Shown here: one piece after another, positions 46,263-56,324 of the stretch
How the letters are laid out: each line of letters begins with the position of its first letter
How positions within the stretch are numbered: the first letter of the stretch is position 1
Made by a program: the position numbers and the translations under genes
Source of the DNA: Eubacteriales bacterium
GTDB taxonomy: Bacteria > Bacillota > Clostridia > Oscillospirales > CAG-272
Assembly: GCA_045644325.1 (NCBI GenBank)
Contig: JAZRGT010000010.1
Location: forward strand, 48,596-112,595
Direction: 5' to 3'
DNA length: 64,000 bases
The notes under the pieces: generated by a model
What the model was told of the DNA's origin: nothing
Databases searched by the model: none
The model's input: the letters and a program-made list of their open reading frames with translations, nothing else

Positions 46263-47435
46263 TTATAAGCTTGCGCAAACTTTCATTACATAATCGCCGA
46301 AATCCTTGCAGCTTGCGCCGTCGCGTCTTCCGGTGATCTTGAGCTCTGCGTCGGGTGCGGTACAAATATCAAGTGCCTTTCCGAGCTTCTTCGCCTCATC
46401 TACGAAACCAATGTGTTTGAGAAGCAGCTCTGCGGCACGGAGCATACTCGAAGGATTTGCATAATCGCCGTCACCGCGCTCGATCATTCTCGGAGCAGAG
46501 CCGTGGATCGCCTCAAACATCGCGTATCGGCTACCGATATTTGCGCTTCCCGCGGTACCTACGCCGCCCTGAAGCTGTGCCGCCTCATCGGTAATGATGT
46601 CACCGTAAAGGTTGGGGAGCAAGAATACTTGGAAATCAGAGCGACCTCTCGTGTCAACGAGCTTTGCGGTCATAATGTCGATGTACCAATCTTCTACGGT
46701 AAGAGTAGGATATTCCGCAGCAGCAATATTTCTTGCTATACGAGCAAACTTTCCGTCAGTCTTCTTCATAATGTTTGCCTTAGTAACAACCGCTACGTTA
46801 GTCTTACCGTTCTTTACCGCAAAATCAAACGCCATACGCGCAATTCTTTCACAGCCGGCGTCGGTAGTTACCTTAAAGTCACAGCAAAGGTATTCGGGTA
46901 TCTCTACACCTCTGCTTCCGAGAACGTATTCACCCTCGGTATTCTCTCTGAAGAACGTCCAATCCACACCTTCCTCGGGAATTGCTACGGGACGTACGTT
47001 AGCAAAGAGATCGAGTTCTCGTCTCATAGCAACGTTAGCGCTTTCAAGCTCCTTGGCTCCGGTTCCTCCCTTGGGAGTTGTTGTGGGACCCTTGAGGAGG
47101 ACGTGGCAATCCTTGATCTCAGCAAGAACATCTTCGGGAATAGCTTTACCGCATGCGATTCTGTTCTCGATTGTAAGACCATTGATATCTCTGAGCTCGA
47201 CCTTACCAGATGCTACTGCATCCTTGAGCAGGTATTCAAGAACTCTGCGAGCCTCTGCGGTAATGATCGGACCTATGCCGTCGCCACCGCAACAGCCGAT
47301 AACGATCTTATCGAGTTTAGCGTAATCGACTGCCTCGGGAGCATTCTTCATCATTTCTGCACGAGCATACTGCTCTCTGAGAAGCGTTTCAAACTGCGCT
47401 ACCGCTTCATTAATATACTGTTCGTTGTTCGCCAT
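46263..47435 (-). CDS. isocitrate/isopropylmalate dehydrogenase family enzyme, probable NAD(P)-isocitrate dehydrogenase
   Basis: Family signature NLYGDIITDEAAQLQGGVGTAGSANIG. Its context behind the aconitase supports the call. Start at ATG 47435 behind GAGGT. Confidence 0.75.
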   Translation of the reverse strand: MANNEQYINEAVAQFETLLREQYARAEMMKNAPEAVDYAKLDKIVIGCCGGDGIGPIITAEARRVLEYLLKDAVASGKVELRDINGLTIENRIACGKAIPEDVLAEIKDCHVLLKGPTTTPKGGTGAKELESANVAMRRELDLFANVRPVAIPEEGVDWTFFRENTEGEYVLGSRGVEIPEYLCCDFKVTTDAGCERIARMAFDFAVKNGKTNVAVVTKANIMKKTDGKFARIARNIAAAEYPTLTVEDWYIDIMTAKLVDTRGRSDFQVFLLPNLYGDIITDEAAQLQGGVGTAGSANIGSRYAMFEAIHGSAPRMIERGDGDYANPSSMLRAAELLLKHIGFVDEAKKLGKALDICTAPDAELKITGRRDGASCKDFGDYVMKVCASL

Positions 47436-47446
47436 AGCAATTAACC

Positions 47447-49378
47447 TCACTTGTTTTTAGCAGTAGCGGCAATAAGACCGCCTGCAAGAATAATTTCAAT
47501 CTGTCTATCGGAAAGAGCACACTCAAGCTCGATGGAATCGCCTGTGTTCTTATCCTTGAGTATATACTTACCGCTCTTAACGCTTTCAAACATACAGCTG
47601 ATGGAAATATCATCGCCCTCGGAGATCTTATCGTAATCATCAGCATTTACAAATGTCAGAGGAATAATACCAGCATTAATAAGGTTATCCTTATGGATAC
47701 GTGCAAAGCTCTTTGCAACGACTGCCTTAACGCCGAGGTAAAGAGGAACGAGAGCCGCGTGTTCTCTTGAAGAGCCCTGACCGTAGTTGGAGCCGCCAAC
47801 GATAATGCTTCTTCCCATAGCCTTTGCTCTCGCGGAGAATTCGGCATCGCATACGTTGAAGCAGAACTCGCTCATCTTGGGAATGTTTGAACGGTACGGA
47901 AGAATAGCCGCACCCGCGGGCATAATGTGGTCGGTGGTAATATTATCGCCAACCTTAAGGGAAACGGCAACGTTAAGCTCATCCTCAAGAGGCGTGGTAT
48001 CGGGATAAGACTTGATATTGGGACCCTTGATAACTTCGGCTGTCTTAGCTTCCTCAACGGAAAGAGGAGGAATTACGCCGCTGTCATCAATTATAAATGA
48101 ATCAACCTTAATATTGGGGTACTCACCGAGTGTTCTCGGATCAGTGATCACACCTGTAATTGCGGATGCTGCCGCAACTTCGGGAGATACAAGATATACG
48201 CCTGCATCTCTAGTGCCGCTTCTGCCCTCAAAGTTTCTGTTGAAGGTTCTAAGGGAAACGCCCTTGGATTCGGGAGAGAATCCCATACCTATACAAGGAC
48301 CGCAAGCGCATTCAAGAAGTCTTGCGCCGGAATTGATGATATCAGTTAGCGCACCACTGCTTGACATCATACTGAGAACCTGCTTTGAACCGGGCGAAAC
48401 AGACATTCCAACCTCGGGAGAAACAGTCTTTCCCTTAAGAATTGCCGCAACAGTATACATATCAACGGCAGAAGAATTGGTGCAAGAACCTACACAAACC
48501 TGAGTAACGGGAGTGCCGGCAATCTCGCTGATTTTTTTAATATTATCGGGAGAATGAGGACAAGCAGCCATAGGCTCGAGCTCCGAAAGATTGATATCAA
48601 TCACTCTGTCGTAAACGGCATCGGGATCAGAATATACGGGAGTAAAGTCATCTTCTCTGCCCTGCGCTCTTAAGAAATCCTTGGTAATCTCGTCGGCGGG
48701 GAAAATAGACGTGGTAGCACCAAGCTCGGCTCCCATATTGGTTATAGTCGCTCTCTGAGGCACGGTAAGCGTCTTAACGCCCTCGCCGCCCCATTCAATG
48801 ATCGCGCCAACTCCGCCCTTTACAGAAAGAATACGGAGTATCTCAAGGCTTACGTCCTTGGCGGTAACCCAAGGAGAAAGCTTACCGGTAAGATTAACCT
48901 TGAACATCTTCGGCATTACCATACAGTAAGCACCTCCGCCCATTGCAACGGCAACGTCAAGACCGCCTGCTCCGAACGCGAGCATACCGATACCGCCTGC
49001 GGTAGGAGTATGGCTGTCAGAACCGATAAGAGTCTTTCCCGGAACGCCGAATCTCTCAAGGTTAACCTGATGACAAATTCCGTTGCCGGGGCGCGAGTAC
49101 TGAATACCGTACTTTGCAGCGGCAGTTCTGATAAATCTGTGGTCGTCAGCGTTCATAAAACCCGACTGGAGTGTATTGTGATCGATATACGCTACGGAAA
49201 GCTCGGTTTTTACACGGTCGATGCCCATAGCCTCAAACTCGATATACGCCATAGTACCGGTGGCGTCCTGAGTGAGAGTACGGTCGATCTTTATTGAAAT
49301 CTCGCTTCCGGGCGTCATATCACCCGATACGAGATGTGCGCTAATTATCTTTTCAGCTATTGTTTTCGGTGTCTTCAT
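47447..49378 (-). CDS. aconitate hydratase
   Basis: 643 aa with Fe-S ligand regions GSDSHT, VGSCTNSS and CGPCIGMG, plus a swivel domain. Confidence 0.85.
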   Translation of the reverse strand: MKTPKTIAEKIISAHLVSGDMTPGSEISIKIDRTLTQDATGTMAYIEFEAMGIDRVKTELSVAYIDHNTLQSGFMNADDHRFIRTAAAKYGIQYSRPGNGICHQVNLERFGVPGKTLIGSDSHTPTAGGIGMLAFGAGGLDVAVAMGGGAYCMVMPKMFKVNLTGKLSPWVTAKDVSLEILRILSVKGGVGAIIEWGGEGVKTLTVPQRATITNMGAELGATTSIFPADEITKDFLRAQGREDDFTPVYSDPDAVYDRVIDINLSELEPMAACPHSPDNIKKISEIAGTPVTQVCVGSCTNSSAVDMYTVAAILKGKTVSPEVGMSVSPGSKQVLSMMSSSGALTDIINSGARLLECACGPCIGMGFSPESKGVSLRTFNRNFEGRSGTRDAGVYLVSPEVAAASAITGVITDPRTLGEYPNIKVDSFIIDDSGVIPPLSVEEAKTAEVIKGPNIKSYPDTTPLEDELNVAVSLKVGDNITTDHIMPAGAAILPYRSNIPKMSEFCFNVCDAEFSARAKAMGRSIIVGGSNYGQGSSREHAALVPLYLGVKAVVAKSFARIHKDNLINAGIIPLTFVNADDYDKISEGDDISISCMFESVKSGKYILKDKNTGDSIELECALSDRQIEIILAGGLIAATAKNK

Positions 49379-49379
49379 T

Positions 49380-50747
49380 TCATTCTTCTTCTTTCTGGAA
49401 GGTTACAATAAGTTTTTCAAGCTCTGCGGTAGAGATAACGGTCGTTCTGCCCTGAGCATACTGCTCGTCGACCCAAGCCTTGATCTTTGTTACAAGAGGA
49501 TCGCGCTTGTTGACCATTTCGTCACCCGTCAAGCGATAATGACCGTTGATCCAATATGCAATTCCGGCAGCACCCGAGGTCGAGCTTACGGTTACGCCCG
49601 CAGGTCTGTTAAGGATTGCGCCTGTATCAAAGATGTTGTAAATTTCCTCGTCCTTGAGCATTCCGTCTGCGTGGATTCCCGCGCGAGTCTTATTAAAGTC
49701 TTCGCCTACGAAGGGAGTCATGGGCGGAATGTGATAATTCATTTCTTTGGTGAAGTAATCGGCAATTTCGGTAATAACCGTGGGATCCATACCGTCGAGC
49801 GATCCGCGGAGCGACGCGTATTCGAATACCATAGCCTCGAGCGGTACGTTACCCGTTCTCTCGCCTATGCCGAGCAACGAGCAGTTGACGGCGCAAGCAC
49901 CGAAGAGCCAAGCGCAAGTAGCGTTTGCGACACCCTTGTAGAAATCGTTGTGACCGTGCCATTCAAGCTGTTCGCTGGGAACGTCGGAATAATGCTGCAG
50001 ACCGTAAATGATACCGGGAACGCTTCGAGGAAGGGCGACTTCGCTATAAGGTACGCCATATCCCATAGTATCGCAAGCTCTGATCTTGACAGGGATTCCC
50101 GCTTCACGCGACATTGCCTGAATTGCGTTGACAAAAGGAACTACGAAGCCGTAGAAATCTGCACGAGTTATATCTTCAAAGTGACATCTCGGACGTATTC
50201 CCATCTCGAGAGCTGCGTGGATAGTCTTAAGGTAATGGTCCATAGCCTGGCCGCGCGACATACCGAGCTTTTTGAAAATATGATAGTCGGAGCAGGAAAC
50301 GAGAATTCCCGTTTCTTTGATTCCGAGATCCTTGACTAATTTAAAATCCTCAAGGCTCGCTCTTATCCAAGTGGTTATTTCGGGGAATTCAAGGCCGAGC
50401 TCCTGGCAAGCGTGTAACGCCTTTCTGTCGTTTTCGCTATAAACAAAAAATTCGGTTGCCCTGATTATTCCATTAGGACCTCCGAGCTTATTTAGTAGCT
50501 TAAACAGATCAACAATCTGCTTTGGGGAATAAGGAGCCTGCGACTGCATTCCGTCCCTAAAAGAAGTGTCAGTAATCCAAATATCGTGTGGCATACCCAA
50601 AGGAACTCGGCGATGGTTAAACGGAACCTTTGGAATTTCCGTATAAGTATATATTTCGCGATACAGATTAGGTTCATCTATATCCTGTAACTGATATCTA
50701 TATGACTTCTGCTCAAGCAGATTAGACTTTTTTGAAATCTCTATCAT
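49380..50747 (-). CDS. homocitrate/isopropylmalate-synthase-family enzyme, probable Re-face citrate synthase
   Basis: DRE-TIM motifs TDTSFRDGMQS and HGHNDFY. The gene order synthase-aconitase-dehydrogenase matches clostridial Re-citrate synthase loci. Start at ATG 50747 behind GGAGG. Confidence 0.65.
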   Translation of the reverse strand: MIEISKKSNLLEQKSYRYQLQDIDEPNLYREIYTYTEIPKVPFNHRRVPLGMPHDIWITDTSFRDGMQSQAPYSPKQIVDLFKLLNKLGGPNGIIRATEFFVYSENDRKALHACQELGLEFPEITTWIRASLEDFKLVKDLGIKETGILVSCSDYHIFKKLGMSRGQAMDHYLKTIHAALEMGIRPRCHFEDITRADFYGFVVPFVNAIQAMSREAGIPVKIRACDTMGYGVPYSEVALPRSVPGIIYGLQHYSDVPSEQLEWHGHNDFYKGVANATCAWLFGACAVNCSLLGIGERTGNVPLEAMVFEYASLRGSLDGMDPTVITEIADYFTKEMNYHIPPMTPFVGEDFNKTRAGIHADGMLKDEEIYNIFDTGAILNRPAGVTVSSTSGAAGIAYWINGHYRLTGDEMVNKRDPLVTKIKAWVDEQYAQGRTTVISTAELEKLIVTFQKEEE

Positions 50748-51024
50748 CACAATACCTCCGTAATTTTTTAATATTATACTACATTTCAATTCAAATTGCA
50801 AGCCTTTTGATGAATTTTTTCATATTTTATTGATATTTTATGTTTTTAACGATTAATCTGCAACTTTTTGGCATTCATAATGCATTTCATTCCGTCATTT
50901 GACAATATTTGTTAACATTCTTTTCAATTCAATAAAACTAACTTCAAATATTTTTGCAAAAGGACTTGATTTTTCTGTAATTTTCTGCAATAATATATAT
51001 ACACTCAATACTCGGAGGTTTACT

Positions 51025-51789
51025 ATGCTTAAAACAGACGGACTTCAATATCATATCAATTGCTATCCCGGCGACGTTGGCGGATACTGCATTCTGCCCG
51101 GCGATCCCGGCAGAGTGCCTAAAATTGCAGCTTATCTTGATGACGCGGAATTAATTTCGCAAAATCGGGAATATACCATATATACCGGATATTTATGCGG
51201 AGAAAAGGTCAGCGTTTGCTCAACAGGCATCGGCGGTCCATCAACCGCAATCGCTGTTGAGGAATTGGCTGCTTGCGGCGTGCATACATTCATAAGAATA
51301 GGAACTTGCGGCGGAATCTCAACAATGGTAAGAGCGGGCGACGTTGTTGTCGCGACCGGTGCCGTCAGACAGGATGGTACAAGCGGAGAATACGCACCAT
51401 ACGAGTTCCCCGCCGTTTCCGATCCCGATGTACTGTTTGCTTTGATAGAATCAGCCAAGGAACTTAAATTCCCCTACCATGCGGGAGTTGTTCAAAGCAA
51501 GGATTCTTTTTACGGTCAGCATAGTCCCAATAGAATGCCAACCGCTTCCGCTTTGAACGAAAAATGGGAGGCTTGGAAGCGTCTTGGCGTGCTAGCCAGC
51601 GAAATGGAGGCTTCTACCCTCTTTGTAGTCGGTGCCGCGCTCGGTCTCAGATGTGGTGCTGTATTTCACGTTGTGTGGAATCAGGAACGTTTTGAGCTCG
51701 GTTTAGATACCGACGCCGAACAGCAACACGATACAGATAAAGCAATCCAAACAGCTGTCAAAGCGATCGAAATACTTATCACTCAATAA
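51025..51789 (+). CDS. udp: uridine phosphorylase
   Basis: Collinear with E. coli Udp by eye ([51 protein letters not shown]). Start at ATG 51025 behind GGAGG. Confidence 0.8.
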   Translation: MLKTDGLQYHINCYPGDVGGYCILPGDPGRVPKIAAYLDDAELISQNREYTIYTGYLCGEKVSVCSTGIGGPSTAIAVEELAACGVHTFIRIGTCGGISTMVRAGDVVVATGAVRQDGTSGEYAPYEFPAVSDPDVLFALIESAKELKFPYHAGVVQSKDSFYGQHSPNRMPTASALNEKWEAWKRLGVLASEMEASTLFVVGAALGLRCGAVFHVVWNQERFELGLDTDAEQQHDTDKAIQTAVKAIEILITQ

Positions 51790-51792
51790 AGC

Positions 51793-51818
51793 AAAAAGCC
51801 CCGTATTGGGGCTTTTTT
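51793..51818. terminator. bidirectional terminator
   Basis: Stem aaaagcccc/ggggctttt with flanking A and T runs. Confidence 0.75.
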
Positions 51819-51825
51819 AATTTGC

Positions 51826-52770
51826 TTATTCAATATCCTCGATAACTTCGGTAGCTCTATCCTCGAGAACGTCAGGATTTTCGATAAGCTTCTTAAAATA
51901 TTTGAACGCGGATGCAAAATAAAATCCGTCACAGATTCTTTCATCCGTCACTGCTTTGATATCTATATAGCGCTTCTTGATCAAATTTCCGCATCTGTCA
52001 TATTCAAAAGCAGTTCTCTTTCTTCCATATGACAAGAAAACGGGAAGGTTTCCGAAATCGTAAATGTGATGGTAAATCGGATTGATACCGAGTGATCCCA
52101 TGCTTGTGACGATCATAGAGCCGTAGAAAGGCAGGAGATCCATAAAGGCTTTGGGAAGTATTCCAATATAGTCCATACACTTGATCACCCAAACAATAAA
52201 GCGGAGAACGAAGCCGGGAATATAGTTGAAGAACTTTATAAGCTTATCAAAAGAGGTCTGCGTATCGAGAGAGGCAATTGCATCGGTTGCGACTACGTTG
52301 AACTTCTCATAAACTTCATCAAGCGTATCGTCGGGCGAAAATTTAACCTTGATAACGGTGTCAGGCGCGCTCAGAGACATTTCCTTCTTGATCGTCATAA
52401 CGAAAACGATCTCGTTTCTCGCATAAATCTTTTGTCCGCTTACAAATCTGTTGATAGCGGGACGCTGAGTAATCGTTCTCAAATACGCTGCCAGCAAAAC
52501 GTGCAAAAAAGAAAAATTCGTCTTGCCTTCAAGAACCTTTTGTCTGCAAAGCGCATCCGCCTTCGATACTTCGATCTTGTCAGCAAAAGTATTCTGCGCA
52601 TCGCTTCTGTTTTTCATTATATAGGGCATAAGCCTGTTCATAGGCTGCAGAGTCCGAAGCTTTCTTCCGTCAGAACGGTCACCGAGTCTGCGGCGGCGTT
52701 TTTTGTATATTACTTTTGCATTATCGTTGTCAACATTTTCAACAGACGTCTGCTTTTCAATTTTGGACAT
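51826..52770 (-). CDS. 2-oxoacid-dehydrogenase-E2/CAT-like acyltransferase catalytic-domain protein (stand-alone)
   Basis: The C-terminal motif TDERICDGFYFASAF matches the E2 signature DHRxxDG, except that His is replaced by Glu. There is no lipoyl domain. Confidence 0.55.
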   Translation of the reverse strand: MSKIEKQTSVENVDNDNAKVIYKKRRRRLGDRSDGRKLRTLQPMNRLMPYIMKNRSDAQNTFADKIEVSKADALCRQKVLEGKTNFSFLHVLLAAYLRTITQRPAINRFVSGQKIYARNEIVFVMTIKKEMSLSAPDTVIKVKFSPDDTLDEVYEKFNVVATDAIASLDTQTSFDKLIKFFNYIPGFVLRFIVWVIKCMDYIGILPKAFMDLLPFYGSMIVTSMGSLGINPIYHHIYDFGNLPVFLSYGRKRTAFEYDRCGNLIKKRYIDIKAVTDERICDGFYFASAFKYFKKLIENPDVLEDRATEVIEDIE

Positions 52771-52939
52771 ATATAAACCTACCTTTTCAATATTAATTTT
52801 TTAAATTATACATTATTTTTTAATCATTTGCAATAGTTTTTCAAGAAAATTTCAATTAATCAACGAAATTTGAACTTTATTACTTGAAAATAATTCTGAT
52901 ATGTGGTATACTTAAATCAGAAATAATAGGAGCGTTTAT

Positions 52940-53377
52940 ATGAAACAAGTACAAATATACACGGACGGCGCCTGTCGCGGCAATCCGGGCCCAGGCGGAT
53001 GGGGCGCTATTCTCGTTTGCGGAGAGCACAAAAAGGAGCTTTCAGGCGGCGAACCGTCTACTACCAACAACAGAATGGAGCTGTTAGCTGCGATTTATGC
53101 TCTTGAGCAATTAAAATATCCTTGCTCTGTAACACTGACGACTGATTCAAAATATCTTTGTGATGCCATTATCAAGGGTTGGGCTATGCAATGGAAAAGA
53201 AACGGATGGAGACGAAGCAACAAAGAGCAAGCAGCCAATCCGGACCTTTGGGAGCGGCTTTTAGGATTGCTCGCAATCCATAGGGTCGAATTCGTTTGGG
53301 TAAAGGGGCATAACGGACACCCTTATAACGAAAGATGCGATGAAATGGCAACTCAAGCCGCCGATTCCTTCAAATAA
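52940..53377 (+). CDS. rnhA: ribonuclease HI
   Basis: [28 protein letters not shown] and [14 protein letters not shown]. 145 aa. Confidence 0.9.
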   Translation: MKQVQIYTDGACRGNPGPGGWGAILVCGEHKKELSGGEPSTTNNRMELLAAIYALEQLKYPCSVTLTTDSKYLCDAIIKGWAMQWKRNGWRRSNKEQAANPDLWERLLGLLAIHRVEFVWVKGHNGHPYNERCDEMATQAADSFK

Positions 53378-53386
53378 CAAATACGA

Positions 53387-53423
53387 GAAAACGCACACGT
53401 CAACCGTGTGCGTTTTCTTTTTT
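53387..53423 (+). terminator. rho-independent terminator after rnhA (overlaps the 3' end of the convergent CDS)
   Basis: 13-bp stem gaaaacgcacacg/cgtgtgcgttttc followed by tttttt. Confidence 0.75.
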
Positions 53424-54224
53424 ATCGCTCTGCTTTGCATAAAATCTTTGCACAGCTTCGGGAGTGATTCTCGAAAGCCAAACAAGCATAAAAACGAGCG
53501 CGAATACTCCCAGAATCGCGGTAATCGTAACCGTTACGGGATCCCATATAACACCTTCACCCAAAGTCGGAATAAGATATCCGCAAAAATCGTATATCGC
53601 GTGCAACAATACGCATATCCATATACAACCCGTATGCAACAGCACAATAGCGCACATTCCGCCAATCAGGAAGGAATAGCCGATCTGCAAAAGTACTCCG
53701 CCAATTCCGGCACCTGCAAACAAATTGAAAATGTGGATGCCTCCGAAAGCCGCGGAGGATATTACGGTTGCCCAGAATATACTTTTGCGCGTTGTAGCGC
53801 GATTTTCAAGTACAAAAGGAAGCAATACTCCTCTGAAAGCGAATTCCTCAAAAAGACCTATCATAAAAGCCTCGAGGGCAAAAATCACAATATACCAATT
53901 CGGTGCAGTAACGTATGCATCTCCGCTTATGACGCCTATGATCGGAAAGTTGTTGACAACAACGGCAAGCGGAACAAGAGTGCAAAGCAATACTTTTAGT
54001 CTGTTCTCTTTAACCAATCCGAATACGTTGTATTTCATATAAATTGCAAGCGGTATGAACACCAAGCAACCAACGAATCGGGTTGCGATAACACGAAATA
54101 AAGTATTTAGAGTCGGATCAGCAGAATATGAAATACCCGAAGACTCCAAAATTACGAGAGCAAGTGAAGGCACTGCTATCATAAAGCCGAACCAATTCTT
54201 TTTAACAAACTCACTAATTCTCAT
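53400..54224 (-). CDS. CPBP family intramembrane glutamic endopeptidase
   Basis: Polytopic membrane protein with motifs EEFAFRG (EExxxR), FGGIH (FxxxH) and HAIYD. Confidence 0.8.
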   Translation of the reverse strand: MRISEFVKKNWFGFMIAVPSLALVILESSGISYSADPTLNTLFRVIATRFVGCLVFIPLAIYMKYNVFGLVKENRLKVLLCTLVPLAVVVNNFPIIGVISGDAYVTAPNWYIVIFALEAFMIGLFEEFAFRGVLLPFVLENRATTRKSIFWATVISSAAFGGIHIFNLFAGAGIGGVLLQIGYSFLIGGMCAIVLLHTGCIWICVLLHAIYDFCGYLIPTLGEGVIWDPVTVTITAILGVFALVFMLVWLSRITPEAVQRFYAKQSDKKENAHG

Positions 54225-54993
54225 ATTCCACCTTACTTCTTTTACTCATTCGCCAAGTATAGAAAAATATGATTCCCGAACCGATAAACAAGATCAAAGC
54301 GGTAAGCTGAGAGGGGGTAAGAAAGTCAACAACAGTGCTTCCACGGTAATCGTCTCTGAAATATTCAGCAATGAATCTCCAAACGCCGTACGTAAACATA
54401 TAGATCGCCATAGTGCCCGGGATACGTTTATACACAAGCACAGCAAGGATTACGGCGAGCGAAAAGAGGAACAAAGATTCAAACAGTTGCATCGGCACGA
54501 CTTTTGCATCCAATGCAACGTGATATATGCCGTACCACGCATCAGTCTCAGCTCCGTAACAGCATCCCGCCATAAGACAGCCGAGTCTGCCGAAGCCGTG
54601 TGCGGAAGTTATACAAACCGCTGCAATATCAAGAAGTCGAGGGAAATACTTAACGTTCTGCTTATCCTTGAAAACAAAATGACCGACGATAAAATACCCA
54701 ATAAGGAAGACGGTAACACCGCCTACAAGGCCTCCGAGAAAGGTTGCGCCCGTTGATGTATTGATAACAAAAGGATCTCCGTCAAGCCAATTGTATATAG
54801 CTTGAAAAAGTACTGCGCTGCAATAGCCCAATCCGATAGCGCAAGCACCCGTCAGCAAAATGAAGTTAAACAGCTTAGCGCTCGTTTTATCATAGTCAGA
54901 AAAAATTCTGACTATCAAAAGCGCCGAAACAACTCCTATTGCCAAAAATATGTCATACAGCGTCATTCCGAAAATAATTTCATAAGGATACAT
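54214..54993 (-). CDS. prolipoprotein diacylglyceryl transferase (Lgt) family protein, divergent
   Basis: About seven TM helices and Lgt-like size and topology. However, the central loop reads GRLGCLMAGCCYG rather than the GRxGNFxNxE motif I recall for Lgt. Confidence 0.55.
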   Translation of the reverse strand: MYPYEIIFGMTLYDIFLAIGVVSALLIVRIFSDYDKTSAKLFNFILLTGACAIGLGYCSAVLFQAIYNWLDGDPFVINTSTGATFLGGLVGGVTVFLIGYFIVGHFVFKDKQNVKYFPRLLDIAAVCITSAHGFGRLGCLMAGCCYGAETDAWYGIYHVALDAKVVPMQLFESLFLFSLAVILAVLVYKRIPGTMAIYMFTYGVWRFIAEYFRDDYRGSTVVDFLTPSQLTALILFIGSGIIFFYTWRMSKRSKVEYEN

Positions 54994-55013
54994 AAATACA
55001 CCTTCAATTCATA

Positions 55014-56324
55014 TCAATTCGCATATTTCATAGCGAGATAAGCGTAAAATGCCGCGGCAGAGGTAAGAGAGCTTTCATCAAAATCAAAATCAGGAGTGTG
55101 GTGCTTATCTGCGAGGTTAGTGCCAAATAACATATATGTCGCCTTTCCGCCACATTCGCAAACCCTCGTCATAAACGAAGTACAATCTTCGCTTGCATTC
55201 AGGTCGGCGTAGTCATCAACTCTATTGAAAATGCCCGCTTCTTCTGCAAGCGCCTTGATTTCCGATGCGAAATCATTATCTGACAATTCAAATGACCGTG
55301 CTCTGCCTACGCAGGAAATTTCTGATTTTACATTATACATTAAAGCCGCAGATGAAATTATGCGTTCTGCGCACTCTATCATATAGTCGTTGATCTTTTG
55401 TGTCTGTCCGCGGGTCTCGAACTTGAGGATCGCGCGATCCGGTATCACGTTTCTGCCGCTTCCGCCGCTAATGACACCAACGTTAATTCTCGACGCACCC
55501 TCACCATGGCGCGAAATAGCGTGCAGAGCAAGAGTAGCCTGCGCCGCCGCAAGCAAAGCGTTATTACCCTCATGCGGTGCATTTCCTGCGTGTGCACTTT
55601 TGCCTTCAAAGGTCACGTCGAATTTAGTTGCACACAAAAATCCGCCGGTGGAAGCGCAAAGCGAACCGCTCTTGTCTGCGCCCAATCCGAGATGACCCGA
55701 AAAGAAATAATCAACGTCATCAACTATTCCTGCGGCGACCATAGCCTCCGCTCCTCTTACTCCCTCTTCCGCAGGCTGAAAGATCAGCTTTACAGTACCG
55801 GAAAATTCAGATTCATAATCCTTCAGAATCCGGGCAAGCGTTAAGCCGATGGCGGCGTGACCATCGTGACCGCAGGCGTGAGTCAAGCCCTCGTGAGTCG
55901 ATCTGAAACCAAGTGTCATGGGAATATGATTTGAATTTTCGGATTCGGTAAGCTCATTGCAGTCAATATCAAATCTGAAAGCCACCACTTTTGAATTGCC
56001 GTTCTTTTTGCCTTTGAGTGTAGCAACGACAGCAGTATGGCCGCAATCAAGTAAATCGCACACGGCGGGATCAGCCCCCTCTTTAACAGCGCGTTCCTTG
56101 GCAGCGGAAAATGTGTCAGCAGACGGAACGCCAAGCAGCGAATCGTCTGCAACAACTTCTTTACCAAACTTAACGTCATATCCCAAATCCTGCAAAAATC
56201 CGATTATAATGCTCGCAGTTCGGAATTCAAAAAAGCCGCTTTCCGGATATTTATGAAAATCTCTGCGCAAGCGCACGGTTTCATCCTTCAATGCCGTGGC
56301 AGAGGATATTATCTTATCAATCAT
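55014..56324 (-). CDS. M20D-family amidohydrolase (N-acyl-amino-acid / hippurate hydrolase type)
   Basis: Metal-site motif HACGHDGH, plus EEG and the dimerisation insert. ATG 56324 forms an ATGA overlap with the upstream stop; the track start 56336 is an alternative. Confidence 0.75.
   Translation of the reverse strand: MIDKIISSATALKDETVRLRRDFHKYPESGFFEFRTASIIIGFLQDLGYDVKFGKEVVADDSLLGVPSADTFSAAKERAVKEGADPAVCDLLDCGHTAVVATLKGKKNGNSKVVAFRFDIDCNELTESENSNHIPMTLGFRSTHEGLTHACGHDGHAAIGLTLARILKDYESEFSGTVKLIFQPAEEGVRGAEAMVAAGIVDDVDYFFSGHLGLGADKSGSLCASTGGFLCATKFDVTFEGKSAHAGNAPHEGNNALLAAAQATLALHAISRHGEGASRINVGVISGGSGRNVIPDRAILKFETRGQTQKINDYMIECAERIISSAALMYNVKSEISCVGRARSFELSDNDFASEIKALAEEAGIFNRVDDYADLNASEDCTSFMTRVCECGGKATYMLFGTNLADKHHTPDFDFDESSLTSAAAFYAYLAMKYAN

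Noticed and set aside
46073-46365. Two overlapping ORFs (87 aa on the plus strand, 73 aa on the minus strand) in the convergent addA/isocitrate-dehydrogenase intergenic region
   Set aside because: They span two terminator hairpins, lack an RBS, and their translations are basic and low-complexity.
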